Assembly: GCF_009914755.1 (NCBI RefSeq)
Contig: NC_060926.1
DNA: 64,000 bases
Strand: one strand, 5' to 3'
Source: the human T2T-CHM13v2.0 reference genome, Homo sapiens
Below, piece by piece: positions 27,604-41,041 of this stretch; within the stretch, counting starts at the first letter, position 1; the number at the start of each line of letters is the position of its first letter. Made by a program: the position numbers and the translations under genes. Under the pieces are notes generated by a model. The model was not told the origin of the DNA, ran no database searches, and was given only the letters and a program-made list of their open reading frames with translations.

Positions 27604-28070
27604 TGATATGGTTTGAATCTGCATTCCCACCCCCCCACCAAATGTCATGTTTAAATGTAATTCCCAGTGCTAAAGGTGCGGCCTAGCAGGCGGTGTGGCC
27701 TAGCAGGAGGTGATTGGATCACAGGGGCGGTTTCTAATGGTTTAGCACCATCTCCCTAGTGCTGTTCTAGTGACAGAGTTCTCAGGAGATCTAGTTGTTT
27801 AAAAGTGTGTAGAACCTCCCCCATCTCTTTCTCTTTCTCTTGCTCCTGCTCCCAGCCATGTGAAGTGCTGGCTCCTCTTTCACCTTCTGCCGTAATTGTA
27901 AGTTTCCTAAGGCCTCCCCAGAAGCCAAGCAGAGGCAGATGCTGCCATGCTTCCTGTACAGCTTGCAGAACCATGAGCCAATGGTTCATGTAGCCATGAG
28001 CCAATGGTTTCTGTGTAAATTACCCAGTCTCAGATATTTCTTTATAGCAATGTGAGAACAGACTAATACA
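27604..28070 (+). mobile_element. MSTA/B MaLR solo LTR with two internal duplications
   Basis: TGATATGGTTTGAATCTG ... TTCTTTATAGCAATGTGAGAACAGACTAATACA. Confidence 0.93.
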
Positions 28071-28159
28071 AAGCTGTTCGTGATGGAAAGAATGACAAAG
28101 TCAAAGGGAGAGTCTGAGAAGCTTGGAGGAAGCACAGTGCAACAGCAAAAATATCAGTA

Positions 28160-28270
28160 GGTAGAGTCAGGAAGTCTGGAGTTTCTACTTTAGTTCCAAC
28201 TGCTTACTTGAACAAGTTATTTAATCTCCCTGTATCTCAGTTCAATCATTTCTAAAATAGAAAATAAAAT
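28160..28270 (+). mobile_element. MIR fragment
   Basis: CTTGAACAAGTTATTTAATCTCCCTGTATCTCAGTT. Confidence 0.65.
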
Positions 28271-28697
28271 AGGTATCCTGTTATAAAAATAATGTCTGGT
28301 TATTAATTTATATACATTAACTGACATAATTGGCTTGAAAAAGTTGAGTTGACAGGAGTGAGTTAATAATTAGCGGTGCTTTTAAAGGCCGCTTGGAAAC
28401 TTAAGTTGGACGCTAAAGCCAACTTTTACAAAAGAGAAGAAGATAACACAAAATAACATAAAAGGTGACCCAAGTGGACATCAATATAATGAATTAAATG
28501 AGAAGTCAAAACCTCAAAGGCTCTTATTTACCTCATATTATTTATTTCATGGCTCTTATAGTCTATTAGAGAAAATGAAATTATATTATCTCTTTTAAGA
28601 TGTGTGATTCACGTTCCTATATGAAAAGGAAGCAGTGCTTTTACCTCCAAGAGGAAAATCTAGTTATAAGAACTAGGATTAAAAACAAAGAAAAGGC

Positions 28698-29510
28698 TTT
28701 CCTAAAGCAGACACACACATGGCCAAGAAGCAAGTGAAAAAAGTGCTCAACATCACTAATCATTAGAGAAATGCAAGTCAAAACCACAATCAGATACCAT
28801 CTCATACGAGTCAGAAAGGCTATTATAAAAAAGTCAAAAAATAACAGATGCTGGCGAGATTGTGGAGAAAAGGGAACTGGAACACTTATACATTGCTGGT
28901 GGGAATGTAAATGAATTTAGCCAATATGGAAAGCAGGTTTGCAACTCCTCAAAGAACTTAAAACAGAATTATCATTTGACCCATCAATTCCATTCTTGGG
29001 TATATACCCAAAGGAATATAAATCATCCTATCATAAAGACACATGTATGCATACATTCATCACAGCACTATTCACAATAGCCAACATATGGAGTCAACCT
29101 AAATGCCCATCAAAGGTAAACTGGATAAAGAAAATGTGGTACATATACACCATGGAATACAATGCAGCCATAAAAAAGAATAACTCATGTCCTTGCAGCA
29201 ACATGGATGGAGCTGGAGGCCATTATACTAAGCAAACTAATGCAGGAACAGAAACCAAATACCACATGTTCTTACTTACAAATAATATACATGGACACAA
29301 AGAAGGGAACAACAGACACCAGGACCTACTTTAGGATGGAAGTCGGGAGGAGGGTGAAGATCAAAAAATTACCAATCAAATACTATGCTTATTATCTGGG
29401 TTATGAAATCTTCTGTATACCAGACCCCCATGATATGTTATCTTCCTATATAATAAACCTCACATGTATGCCTGAACCTAAAATAAAAGTATAAAAAGAA
29501 AACAAAAACA
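28698..29510 (+). mobile_element. 5'-truncated L1PA15/16-like element
   Basis: CAACATCACTAATCATTAGAGAAATGCAA; ORF remnant WIKKMWYIYTMEY; 3' UTR ending CCTGAACCTAAAATAAAAGT. Confidence 0.92.
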
Positions 29511-29514
29511 ATTT

Positions 29515-29695
29515 CTTTGTGTAAATTGACAGACATTTTGAAATGATGTGGAAATTCAGTCAAGAGTAGCCAAGATAATTAGAAGAATGATGTCCGAGAA
29601 CTGACTCAAATGGATATCAAGTGAATATCAAGATTTCTTATAAAACTACAGTAATTACTAGATATGGTGTTAATGTAAGGGTGAACAAATAGACT
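29515..29695 (+). mobile_element. L1M/L1ME ORF2 fragment
   Basis: ATAAAACTACAGTAATT..ACAAATAGAC. Confidence 0.55.
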
Positions 29696-31124
29696 ATTAG
29701 TATACTTGAAGCATGCACTATGGAAGTCACACTTTCCAAGTCCCTTTCCCTGTCTCCATGCTTTCTCATCCACCATCAGGGTTGTAGCTGTATATCACAG
29801 TAATGAGACCATCTCTGAAGTCAGATTCCCAGAATTAGACACCCAGGAAGAACCAGAATACTCTTTGCAGCCTCTAAGGCTTGTCTTGTGACCCACCAAT
29901 GTCCTGTGCCCATATTATCATAGATGCCAGCTGACACTCTCAGAGGCATCCTTCAAATTAGAATAAAATTGTTCTAATACAGCATGAAACCCTTTACTCT
30001 GATACAAAAGATGCAGCCATATCATAAAGGTACATGTTTGGGGAGAACTGCAATATCAACACACATCTAATCAAAAGCTTGGCCAGTTCTAGCCACCACA
30101 TTGTGATTCTTAAGCAGGTAGTACTTATTCTCTCTTTTCCTGCTGCCTCTCCATAGTACACCAAAACTTCCAGAATGCTCACTTTTTTTCCAAGAGAAAT
30201 AATCTCTGGATATCATCAAGGTTATCTCAAGTCTCAAGTACTCCCTATGGTCATCATCAGCTTCCCTCCCAGAATAAACTTGCATACTGACGATATTTCA
30301 CCTTAAAACAATCTACTATTCCCAGGACCCTCATTCAAGACAGGAGGTTTAACAAACTGTACTTCTAGAAGTATCTTGGGAACCAATTAAGAATGAGAAT
30401 TTTAAAACTAAAACATAAGTGATCTACTAAGAACATGAAATAAGAAGAGCAATGACTTGCTGTTCCTTAAATGGATAAGAGATAAAAGGAAACATTTTTT
30501 GTCAGGGTGATTTTATTCAAATGTAGTATGTGATTTATTCTCTGCAATGCATAAATAAACTTCAGAAAAAGAGAAGGACGACATAGAGTTGGGAACAGAA
30601 GTAAATCAGAGCTGTGCCAATATTTGCAAAGACCTGCTATCACACGGTACTGTGTTCATAGGGAAAATCTGTTATAAGTAATATCAAGAGTGTCCTAAAA
30701 GACTTGTGTTGAGCATAAATGCATCCGTAGTATGCCCTTGTTTTTCCACTTCTCATACTCTATGTCTTGGCCAGTCACAAATACTCACTAGTAGTCATCA
30801 ATACTATTCATCTATGCCCCAGTCCTATAGAGTCCATGTGCTTCTCTGTCTGAAATCCTCAAAATTCCTTCTGTGCATACACACGAACACAAAGTCCAGG
30901 CCCAGGTAAACATCTCCATTTTTGACTGCTACTTATTTCTTTTTAAAGTAGATTGTAGCACATTTAGATGGATCAAAGCTTAAAAATCTCCCTCCCAGCT
31001 CTGTTATCCAGCCACTTATTACTCTCCCCTGTCTATTCTTCACTCCAAAAGGATATTTTATAAATATGTGTGCAGGTTCCCATATTTTACACAAACCATG
31101 ACATTTTAATGGTTTGTTGCTTCT

Positions 31125-31255
31125 TGTGTGTAAAATGGGAGATAAATAATATGACCAGCTGGGGTTGTTGAGTAAATCAAATGGGCTAACATACATGAAG
31201 CATTTCGAATAGTGCCTGGCACAGAGCAAGCTCCATGTAAGAATTAGCTATTATA
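31125..31255 (+). mobile_element. MIR
   Basis: TGTAAAATGGGAGATAA..AATAGTGCCTGGCACAGAGCAAGCTC..TTAGCTATTAT. Confidence 0.8.
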
Positions 31256-31524
31256 ATCTTCATCTTCATCTTAATCATTGCTTTCATGTCTCCATAAAAA
31301 TAAATATAATTTTACAGCATGTCTGCTGGCTCTATCATATTCCTCTACATCATTTATTTAGAGATGTTCCTATTAAAGGAGATTTAGTCATTATACTTTT
31401 TCTGTATTACAATGGACATACTCAAGAACTTATTTTTGTGCACTTGTCAAACTACCTGCATAGAAGGAAATCTTAGCAATGAAGTTAATGGCAGTGTTTT
31501 AATGGCCTTTAATAGAAATTTATG

Positions 31525-33495
31525 GGTAAGATAGCAGCATGAATACACACAAGAGCTTTCCCTCTAACTTCAAACTACTACAGGTAGACTTCATTTTTTT
31601 GTTGTTGCTCATAAGTCAGAGGGGGAATTTTATAGGTCCCAGGAATTAAGAATAAACCTTAGGCATGGTGGTGACCAGTGCTTGAAGGTCTAGTATGCCT
31701 AGGGGACTGGAATCTGAAACAAACATTAGGAGCTGGGGCTTTAACTTCCACAAGGAAGCTACAGTCTGATTCCCAGATGTTATAAGGATCCACAAGGGAG
31801 CATCAACTGAACTGAAAAATACCTACCTCCTAGGATCATAAGAAAGATGAAAGCCATATTTTTGTAAATATGAAGACATTTAAAGAAATAATAAGTATAT
31901 CCCAGGCTGTGATTGGAAAAGATAATTGTGACCAGAAATCAGACCACTTGCTCTTTTTCCAACTTTATACTAACTGAATACTTTTTAAAATCCAGAGTTA
32001 AGAACCTAGCCTAAAAGTTAGCTAATACTGAAGAATCCCATGGAACCTGGGCAGAATCACCTGTGAGATCTTTTCACAGGGAATCTTTCAATGACAAAAG
32101 CATATATAGAGAAATTCTATAATATGCATCTCCAGTGTTAGTTATGATAAAGAATAACACCAAGACAGCCTCAGAAATTCACAAACAGAAGGAGTCACAT
32201 TGTGGAAATAAAGATAACAGAATAAATGGACAGAACTTTAAAGTAGGTGTGTGTAAAATGTTTAGGGTAATAAGATACAAATATTTAAAAGGCAAGAAAG
32301 AGAGATTATAGAACAAGAGAAGCCAAATAAAAACTACAAATTAAAAAAATAAAATCATTAGGAGATATAATTATTTCAGGAAAATAATAATAAATTTGGA
32401 AGGATATCTGAAAAATAACCAAAATATAGTACTGAATCTTAGAGGTAAGAAATGTAATAAAAAAAAGTTAAGAACATGAAGAACGGTTGTCATTTCTGAT
32501 ATAACTTTTACATGAGTTCCAGAAAAAAAGTAGAGAAAATGGAAGAGAAGCAATATGAAGAAATTTGAAGAAATAATAGTTGTAATTTAAGGAAGATTTA
32601 AATCTTCAAATTTAAAAGGCACAGAAAAAAAGTACAAATAAATACAAATACATTCTTACATATATTTAGTGAAATGTTGAGTTTCAAGGATAAAGAGAAG
32701 AGTTTAAAACTGCTAATGAGAAAGGAACGATTACTTGCATAAGAACATTATCAGCCTCTGTTAATAATGGAAGAAAATGAAAACAAAAACACTTCAATAT
32801 ATTCAGAGAAAATAACTACCAGAGTCAAATATATATGCAGCTTGACAAAATTGAGGGCAAAATAAAAACACTTTGTGTCATCTAAAGATTAAGAGAACTT
32901 GTTATTCAAAACTATTCTTCTACTAAAAGAATCAATAAAGTCTGTATTCTAAAAATCTGAAAGGGAGAAAAGGGATATAAGAAGCAATGATGTACAAAGA
33001 TATCAACAGAATATTTGGCAAGCCTAAATATATATTTAGCAAAATTAACTATTACTGTAAGTTTAAAAACACTATGGAATTAAAAATAAAATTGAAGACT
33101 ATCTGTGGGCTTATGTGTGTGTGTTGGGGAAGAATGTTGTCGAGATGGGAGCTTCAGTATAAGATTTTATATATACATATATTGGGGTTGTGATTAAAAC
33201 AATAAACTTAGATTTTGATTAAAATAAATGTACATATATAATTTGTATTTTGATTACAATATGAAGTTATGTGTGAGAGAGTAATCACCAATTGAATAGA
33301 AATAGAAACTCTACATATAACTTCCAAACTAATAAAGGAAAAGGGCATAATAATAAAACATGTTACTTCAAAGCAAAATAAGAGAAACAAATAAAAAAAT
33401 GACACATAGAAATAACAAATATGTCCAAATATATTAGTAATCACAATAAACATAAACAGACTAAACTCACTAGTTAATAGATAAAGACTTTCAGC
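31525..33495 (+). mobile_element. Very old L1 (L1ME-like) 5' region: 5' UTR, ORF1, inter-ORF and ORF2 start
   Basis: A-rich ORF1-like tract (GAGGGCAAAATAAAAACACTT); 33425-33493 reads PNILVITININRLNSLVNR*RLS, like the L1 endonuclease N-terminus. Confidence 0.6.
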
Positions 33496-33710
33496 TTTAG
33501 AATAGACTAGTTGACATTAGACTACTGCTGCCTCATAGAACAATTTAAACAGCCACATTAAAAAAAAATTATCTGGTTAAGGACAGCTCGGACAACAATA
33601 ACTAGAAAGGCTATGACTTCTAAGAAAGAGGAATCTCAGAAAAGTAAAATGACCTTTATACAGTGCTCTCAAAAGACAAAAATCAAAACATAGGAACTTG
33701 CAGACTACTA

Positions 33711-33960
33711 TGTAAATGAGTCTAAAGTACCCCTGTGTATTGGCCCATGAACTGTTTATTTCTTCACTACAGGCTGAGACCCACTAGCTCAAAAGCCTAC
33801 CTGCTCTAAGCTTAAAGTTTTACATGTAAAATTGTTTTTTAAATGGTTCAAATAATTAGATGTGTAGTCATTTAGAAACTGTATTACATAACCTACAAGC
33901 TCACTGGACAGTAGTCACTTATTGATAAGACAGAACCTTGTAGTTATAAGGCCCCAAACT
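33711..33960 (+). mobile_element. Possible ERV LTR fragment, family not identified
   Basis: TGTAA start and abrupt compositional change between L1 pieces. Confidence 0.25.
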
Positions 33961-33964
33961 GCTT

Positions 33965-34475
33965 TGGTGAATTCATTTATCAGTTCTAACAGATAATTTA
34001 TGGATTCTTTAGAGTTTTCTATATATAAGATCATATCAACTGCAAACATCTTACTACTTCCTTTCCAGTTTGGATTTTTTTTTCTTGGTCTGATTTTCTC
34101 ACTAGTACTCCCAGGATAGTTGAATAAAAGTGCTGGGATTGGGCATCTTTGCTCACACCAGATCTTTGAAGATAAACGTTCAGTTTTTCCCCACTGGTTA
34201 TTATGTAAGCTGTGCATTTTTCATGAATGGCCTTCCTTATGTTGAGGAAATTTGCTTCTTTACCTATTTTGTTGAGAGTTTTTATCATGAAAGGATGTTG
34301 AACTATGTCAAATGCTTATTTTTTGCATCTTTTGAGATGATCATATGGTTTTTGTCTTTCATTCTGTTAATGAGAGGTATAGCATTAATTTCCATGTGGA
34401 AACTAACCTTGCACCTCAGGGATAAGTCCCTCTTGGACATGGTGTTTCATATTTCTGATGTGTTATTGAATTTGG
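33965..34475 (-). mobile_element. L1M ORF2 fragment
   Basis: ORF remnant MIKTLNKIGKEANFLNIRKAIHEK (34031-34288). Confidence 0.85.
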
Positions 34476-34479
34476 TGGT

Positions 34480-36050
34480 GTTTTTAGACAAAGAGAGAAT
34501 CTTCCACCAACAAATTTTCACTGAAATAAATACACTAGAGAGAGGTGTTCCAATGAAAGAAAAATGATCCCAGAGCCTATCAAGTAAATGCAGGTTAGAA
34601 TAAAAAAAGAAAAATAGATAAGTAAGTAGATGTACATGAATATTGACAAAATGTTAACTATACAAAATAATTATAATACCTGTGAAGTTTAAAATGTAAA
34701 TAACATTAAAAGACATGACAAAAATAGTGCAAACTGCAGGAGGGTATAAATGAATTAGAAAACATAATGGGAAAAACTTGGGTTGCATTCCAAATAGGAC
34801 ATATAAAAACAAGCACAATTGAAAAAAACCCACAAAATACTCAGGAATAACACACCTGACAACATAAGTAAAGGCAAGCACAATGCTAGGAAAACTATAA
34901 AAATTTAACAAAGACAGGGGAAAAACAAATACTATATATTTTTCCTGGAGAATTATTCTGTTTTTTAAAGCAAATGCACAAATTCTAACCAATTCAAATG
35001 AAAATCATGGCAGGAGATATTTCTTTATATAAAGAAACTGATTCTAAAAGTCATCCAGAATGAAATATGTAAGAAAATATTTTTTTAACTTTGAAATATA
35101 AAAAGTAACTAACCTACACCAAAACATAATTTTAATCTCTAGTGATTAAAATAGTACTACAACTTCACTGGAATAGTACAATACAACAGTGAAACTGAAT
35201 TGTAAATTCAGAAATTGTTGCATATATATAAAATAATTTATTATAAATTAAACACAATAAGAAGAAGACATATTACTTAATAAATTATACTTCTACAATA
35301 GTGGTTTACTAGGGGAAAAAGAAGAGGTAAGTCTCTATATCATACCTTATATAAAATAAAGTCCAGATAAATTTATTTTCCTAAGTAGTCAAAAGAAAAT
35401 AAAAAACGTAAGAAAAACTTTTTATGATATTGAGATGGAGAAGACTTAAAGAAATGTAAAGTAAAACAAAACAAACGTTGACATCTGCCAAACTATCACA
35501 ACTTATTTGAATATTATAAAGTATTATTAAATATTAAATATTATTCGAATAATATATGATTTAAATATTAATATTTAATTATTATTCAAATCATAATATT
35601 TAATAGGTTATCTTATACCTCTTTAATGAGTGTGGATAGGTACAGAATTTCTGGAAAGTAATTTGAACAATATGTATCAAAATTCTACCTTTGGCCAATT
35701 AATTTCATGTCTGTGGAAATAATCCCAAATGCAAAAAAAAAAAAAAATTTTAAGGATATTTTTAGCCATATTTAGAAGAATGAAAAACTGAAAGACCTCA
35801 ATGACTAACAACAAAGGAACAGCTAAATATTCATGCTACCTTCCACACAGTTGGCATATTACATTCACCAGGGACTTCTGATTAACCTGAGACAATGCTT
35901 ACACTTAGGTGGAAATGATATTAAATTACACAGGCAGAATGATTTAGACAATAAAAAAAATACAGCTACACACATATACTTAACACTTCTAAATATAAAA
36001 CAAATACACTTCGAAAAATGGCCAGGAAGAAATATGAAGCAATAGCAAAG
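34480..36050 (+). mobile_element. Degenerate L1M/L1ME fragments
   Basis: AAACTGATTCTAAAAGTCATC, TTTCTGGAAAGTAATTTG..TATGTATCAAAAT. Confidence 0.5.
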
Positions 36051-36054
36051 GTAA

Positions 36055-36388
<334 letters not shown>

Positions 36389-36759
36389 CGGTGAGTTTTA
36401 AGTAATGGGTTTGGATGAATGATTTTCGTTTTTCTTTTACAGACATCTGTCATCTGCCAGACAAACAAATTAGATAAAAAATTTCTATCTTACATTCTAA
36501 GATGTGAAGAAAAATGTTAAAAAATAGAGAACTAAAATCTATAATATAACAAAACTAAATAAATCTTTAAGATGTATTGCTATTGTAACCAAAGGAAATA
36601 CACACACACACACATATTTAGAGATGCTGATTAGCAAAAAGTAGGGAACTAGGCCAGCAGCCCCTGGTGCCCATCTTACAGAACCTTGAACGACCAGATC
36701 TCCCCTGTCCACCCAACCACACAAGTCTGGTTGCGTTACAGACTAATATAAATCCCCTA

Positions 36760-36869
36760 GTGGATGACCAACTCATTCCATTCTCCCAGGACTTTTCCGG
36801 TTTTAGCACTTCAAAGTCCTCTGTCCCAGGAATCCCCTACCTGGCAAACTGGGATGGTTTGTCACTCAA
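36760..36869. mobile_element. MER81 (hAT-Blackjack MITE)
   Basis: GATGACCAACTC..CCGGTTTTAGCACT..AAAGTCC..GGCAAACTGGGATGGTTTGTCAC with degenerate terminal inverted repeats. Confidence 0.8.
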
Positions 36870-37279
36870 CAACTTTAAAACAATAAAAACCATTTGTTCA
36901 CTCTTGTATCAGTTGATTCACAACAAGGGTGTAGCCAGTGAAACTGCTGTTGATTTTAAAAATGTGCTTATTGGTCAGAGCATCTGCATGTGGGTTTGGT
37001 ATTCCAAGTTAGAATAACCCCTTCACAAGTCATGGGGAGTAAGAATCGAGATGTTTCCATGGTATAAGTGAAACTACTACAATAATGTACACTGGATTAG
37101 CACCATTCAGAGTTACTAGAATAATCCCACATACCTCTCACATTATCCTCAGATTTTTCTCCTTAATGCTGGGTAAAAACATGCGTTACTTCTTGTTGGT
37201 GTTCTTTCTGCTAACAAGTATCCATCATCATCTATTTCTAGGCATCTGTTGTAGTGATTGCCATTTTCTAAACACAGAC

Positions 37280-37435
37280 AGCAGATTACCGGGGGCAAGA
37301 TGTTTTACACACATTATCTTGTTTATTCTAAAATAACCCTGGAATATATATATTATAACTATTTTACAGATGTGTTAACTGGCATTCTGAGAGGTTAAGT
37401 AATTTATACAAAGCCAAAAAGCCAGGACAGGGCTG
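37280..37435 (-). mobile_element. MIR
   Basis: ATTTTACAGATG..AGAGGTTAAGTAATTT. Confidence 0.75.
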
Positions 37436-38069
37436 GTAGGGGAACAATGGTTTGCCTGGTGGCAACATTCAATTTCTTACTAATTTATTCTAAAACTTAC
37501 TTTAAAAAACTTTATGAGTCATCAAACACAAAGTTAGGCTTTAAAAAGTGATTAATTCTTATAACCTCTAGTTTTTTTTAATACCACTTTTTATTCTGAG
37601 CTGAAAAGATTTAAGTCATATGATCTAAAGTGATTTAAATGAGAGGAATTATGTGTCTATTTCATCTAGGCACACAAATGTCTCCCTGCTATACATTGCC
37701 CTCTAAATAGAAATTGCTCTAAATTAAAAAAAAATTTAATAGCTGAAATAATTATATAGTTTCTAGGTGAATCATTCTGTAACTTTTTAGTCTTTGGGAA
37801 GATTCCATGTTTCTGGTGTTTTTTTATGAAATAGTTTCCAGCTACCCACTTACGTCTTTGGTAAAATTACAGCTCCTTATTAAATACATTTTTTACTCAA
37901 TACAGTTGATCTACTTAGTCATCAAGCCTGTATTTAAAGTGTACACTAATATCAAATATGCATATTAAAGTTTATATCACAGCCTTTAATAGCCTCATGA
38001 GGCATTTAACCACATTTAACTAGATAGTACCCTAGGAAAAGGCCGAATTTAAACCAAAAGTTCTGCTGA

Positions 38070-38350
38070 TTCAACTTAATTGAATTTCACAAATATTTAT
38101 TGTGTTCCTCCTTCCGAAACAGCAGGCAGTCATCCTGCTTCCAGAAATGAGGTATTGCTTCTGTCTCAATGAACTCTCCATCTTGAGAGACATACCAGCA
38201 AATAAACATGGTGTAGCAAAAGTATCAGTAGACATGTGTGCAAGATATAGAGGTGAGATTGAGCAGGAAGTGATTCAGAAGGTGGAAAAGAATACCAGGA
38301 AGGGCTGTGTAGAAGACATGATACCTAAGCTGGATTTTGAAGGATGGATA
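38070..38350 (-). mobile_element. L2 fragment
   Basis: CACAAATATTTATTGTG..CTAAGCTGGATTTTGAAGGATGG. Confidence 0.65.
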
Positions 38351-40224
38351 GAAAAAGCTACCATATGGGAACCCCTAGGACCTGTTCTCATTGATGTGAT
38401 CCCTCTCCACTTCACTTTCAGCTTTGGCCAATTGGAGCAATACAAATGTGCCACATATAATCACCCCCTTCACCCCTGGAGATTTTGTTATCTTTAATCC
38501 AATATCAATGCCATCATCCTGCTTTGCCTATATTATATGCATTCTCCATTGTCAGATGCCTCTACTTTCAGGAAACTTGCTCTATCACAACTAGACATAA
38601 ACTTTCACTGCCTTCTGAAATAAGACTTAGTTTCTCAGTTACATCACTTATTAAATTCTACACTGTCTTTGGGTTATTGTAATCATTGTTCTATCCTTAA
38701 TAAGTGGTATGCCTTCTGAAGAGATAGAACAGGCTGTGTTAATATCTGCACTTCCTTCTTCCCACTTTCCCCACTCATCACTGACCACAACACTGAGCCC
38801 CTAGTGTCTGCAAAAGAGAAGCGTTTCCATAAACGGCACCTCACTGATGAAGGAGTTTTGCCTGAGAGATGAGCCATTACATCCCTTGGCAGGAAGCATA
38901 AAAATGGGTCTTCACTTCCTGTAGTGGACACGCTCCTGATTTGCAGTGTAGGTGGAATTTGAAATAAAACCCAACATGTCTTTATTTAAGGGGAATTTTT
39001 TCATAAGAAATTAATCATTCACTAATGCTTATATTCTGACTTTCAGAGACTCAGAAACTGAAAGAAATATTTTTTCTTGATTTGTCTTCAGGACTGACAC
39101 TGACAGCACTTGGCTTATTTTAAGCTCTACAATATAGAGGAACACCTGACCCTGCCTGGAGTCTAGAAAAAAGAACAAGACCTGAGATATTTCAGGAAAT
39201 CCAAGGTAAAAAAATAAGCAAAAAGGTGTTGAATGTTTCTGAGTGGTCAAAAAGAGAAAGGACTGAGATAAGGCATCAGGTTTTATGGGGAGGAGATCAT
39301 TTAGCTAAATCAACCAAACTTAAAAACAAATTAGTTTCAGCAGGAAAAAGCGAAAACTAACCATTATTTTTTGGAAAGATAAAGAAGTTCAGAAAATGCA
39401 AAACAACTAAAAAATTATAATATTTGAAATTAGAATTAAGATTAATCCCAAGAAAAAGCTTGGCAAATAACCCAAGTATCTCCTAGGACTCGGTAAATGA
39501 CATGTTTCATCTTTAAAGGATCACAGTGCCTGTGTCTTTTCAGAACTTACACAATGAAGAAAGTAAGGTGTTCTCATTTCTCTATTTTATTAAAAAATTA
39601 AAATTTGAAAAGTAATCATATAGCCCATTCCTAAATTTTCCCTTAACATTATGCAGACTCTATAATTCTTATTTCAAGTCTTGGCAGTCAGCTAAGAACT
39701 AAAACAACAACAAAAAATGCTATAAGAATTTCTCAGGGAGCTTCAATTATGCATTCCACTTTAGTGCACAAAATAGTTCCTTGTAAAATGAAATATCTCA
39801 CTAAAGCTAAGAGAGAAGGTTGATGAAAGAAGTGAACTTTGCTTTTCAAGGTCATTTCATACTATGTCCTTTTGACTATGTTCTAATCTCTTCCACATCC
39901 TGCGATTATTTTTTTGGTGAGAAAAATAGGAAATTACTTTCAAAAGATTTATGTTTGTGTCTATCATGAACCCACTTTAAATATATGTTTAAGAACTTTG
40001 ATCAGAAGATTTTCTAAGATGAAAACAGGTCCAGAGAGTTCCTTGAGAACCTCTGTCGGAGCTGCTAGTAAACTCATAGATAACCAAGTATATAGCTAAG
40101 AAATTGTAATACTCAGTGTGATATTGGAGCTTAATTTTTTTTTTCTTCATTACATGAAAGAAAATTCAACATGTGTTCACAGCTTGGAAAAAATATTATA
40201 AAGGTAAAATATCAAACTCCAGTA

Positions 40225-40650
40225 TATTGATTAGGATAGGAAGACTGCTATAGCAAACAAACCTTATAATAAATATTGGCTCAATTACAATAGATGTTTG
40301 TAACAGCTTTAGGCTACTGTAATGGTCCATGGAGTGGCCCCGATCCATGCAATCATTCAAGGATCCAGGCTCTCAGAGAATCTTCTGTCTGAGAACATGT
40401 GGTCCCCAAGGTCACCCTCTTTGTTATAGGCAACCATCAGAGAAAAAGTGTAAAGGCACACAAGTGTTGATGGAGCAGGTCTGGAAAAGACATAGACTAC
40501 TTTTGCTCATATTTGCCAGTCATGTGACCGCACATGAAGGTGGGAGTGGGTTGGCAGATCTACAATTCTGGACTTGGCAGCAACTTCCCAGTAGCCATTC
40601 TACAATGTAGAAGAGGAAGAACAAATATCTGGGGACAGTTTGTCGTCCCT
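40225..40650 (-). mobile_element. LTR33/MLT1K-like old LTR
   Basis: GACTGCTATAGCAAACAAACC, CAATCATTCAAGGATCCAGGCT, GGCAGCAACTTCCCAG. Confidence 0.5.
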
Positions 40651-40939
40651 ATCATGATCCTGTACATTGCAGGGAGTAGTCATAAGTACAACCACTTCGG
40701 TCAAAATGTCTTGTTCCGTGCAGGGAAATCTGGAGTCAGATAAGTTCAGAATATGTCTCCAAGTTCTTTGCTCTTTCTTGTTTGTGAATGAATAGCTGAT
40801 GCTTCTTGAAATAAATAAATATACCCATTTACTTGAAGCTATTGGCAGGATTCAGTAAGATTTCCAATACAAAGTCAACACCACCAGCCCAAATCACACA
40901 AACACAAATTATCGATTTTGGATTAAAGATGGTGATTTA

Positions 40940-41041
40940 CACCTAAACCTGGGAGACAGAGGTTGCAGTGAGCCGAGATCATGCCACTGCCCCCAAGCCT
41001 GGGTGACAGAGCAAGACTCCATCTCAAAAAAGAATAAAATA
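40940..41041 (+). mobile_element. 5'-truncated AluS (3' part of the right arm only)
   Basis: GAGGTTGCAGTGAGCCGAGATC..GACTCCATCTCAAAA; perfect 15-bp TSD AAAGATGGTGATTTA (40925-40939 / 41042-41056). Confidence 0.95.

Noticed and set aside
28862-29494. ORF2-like reading frames
   Set aside because: Decayed L1PA15/16 3' end.
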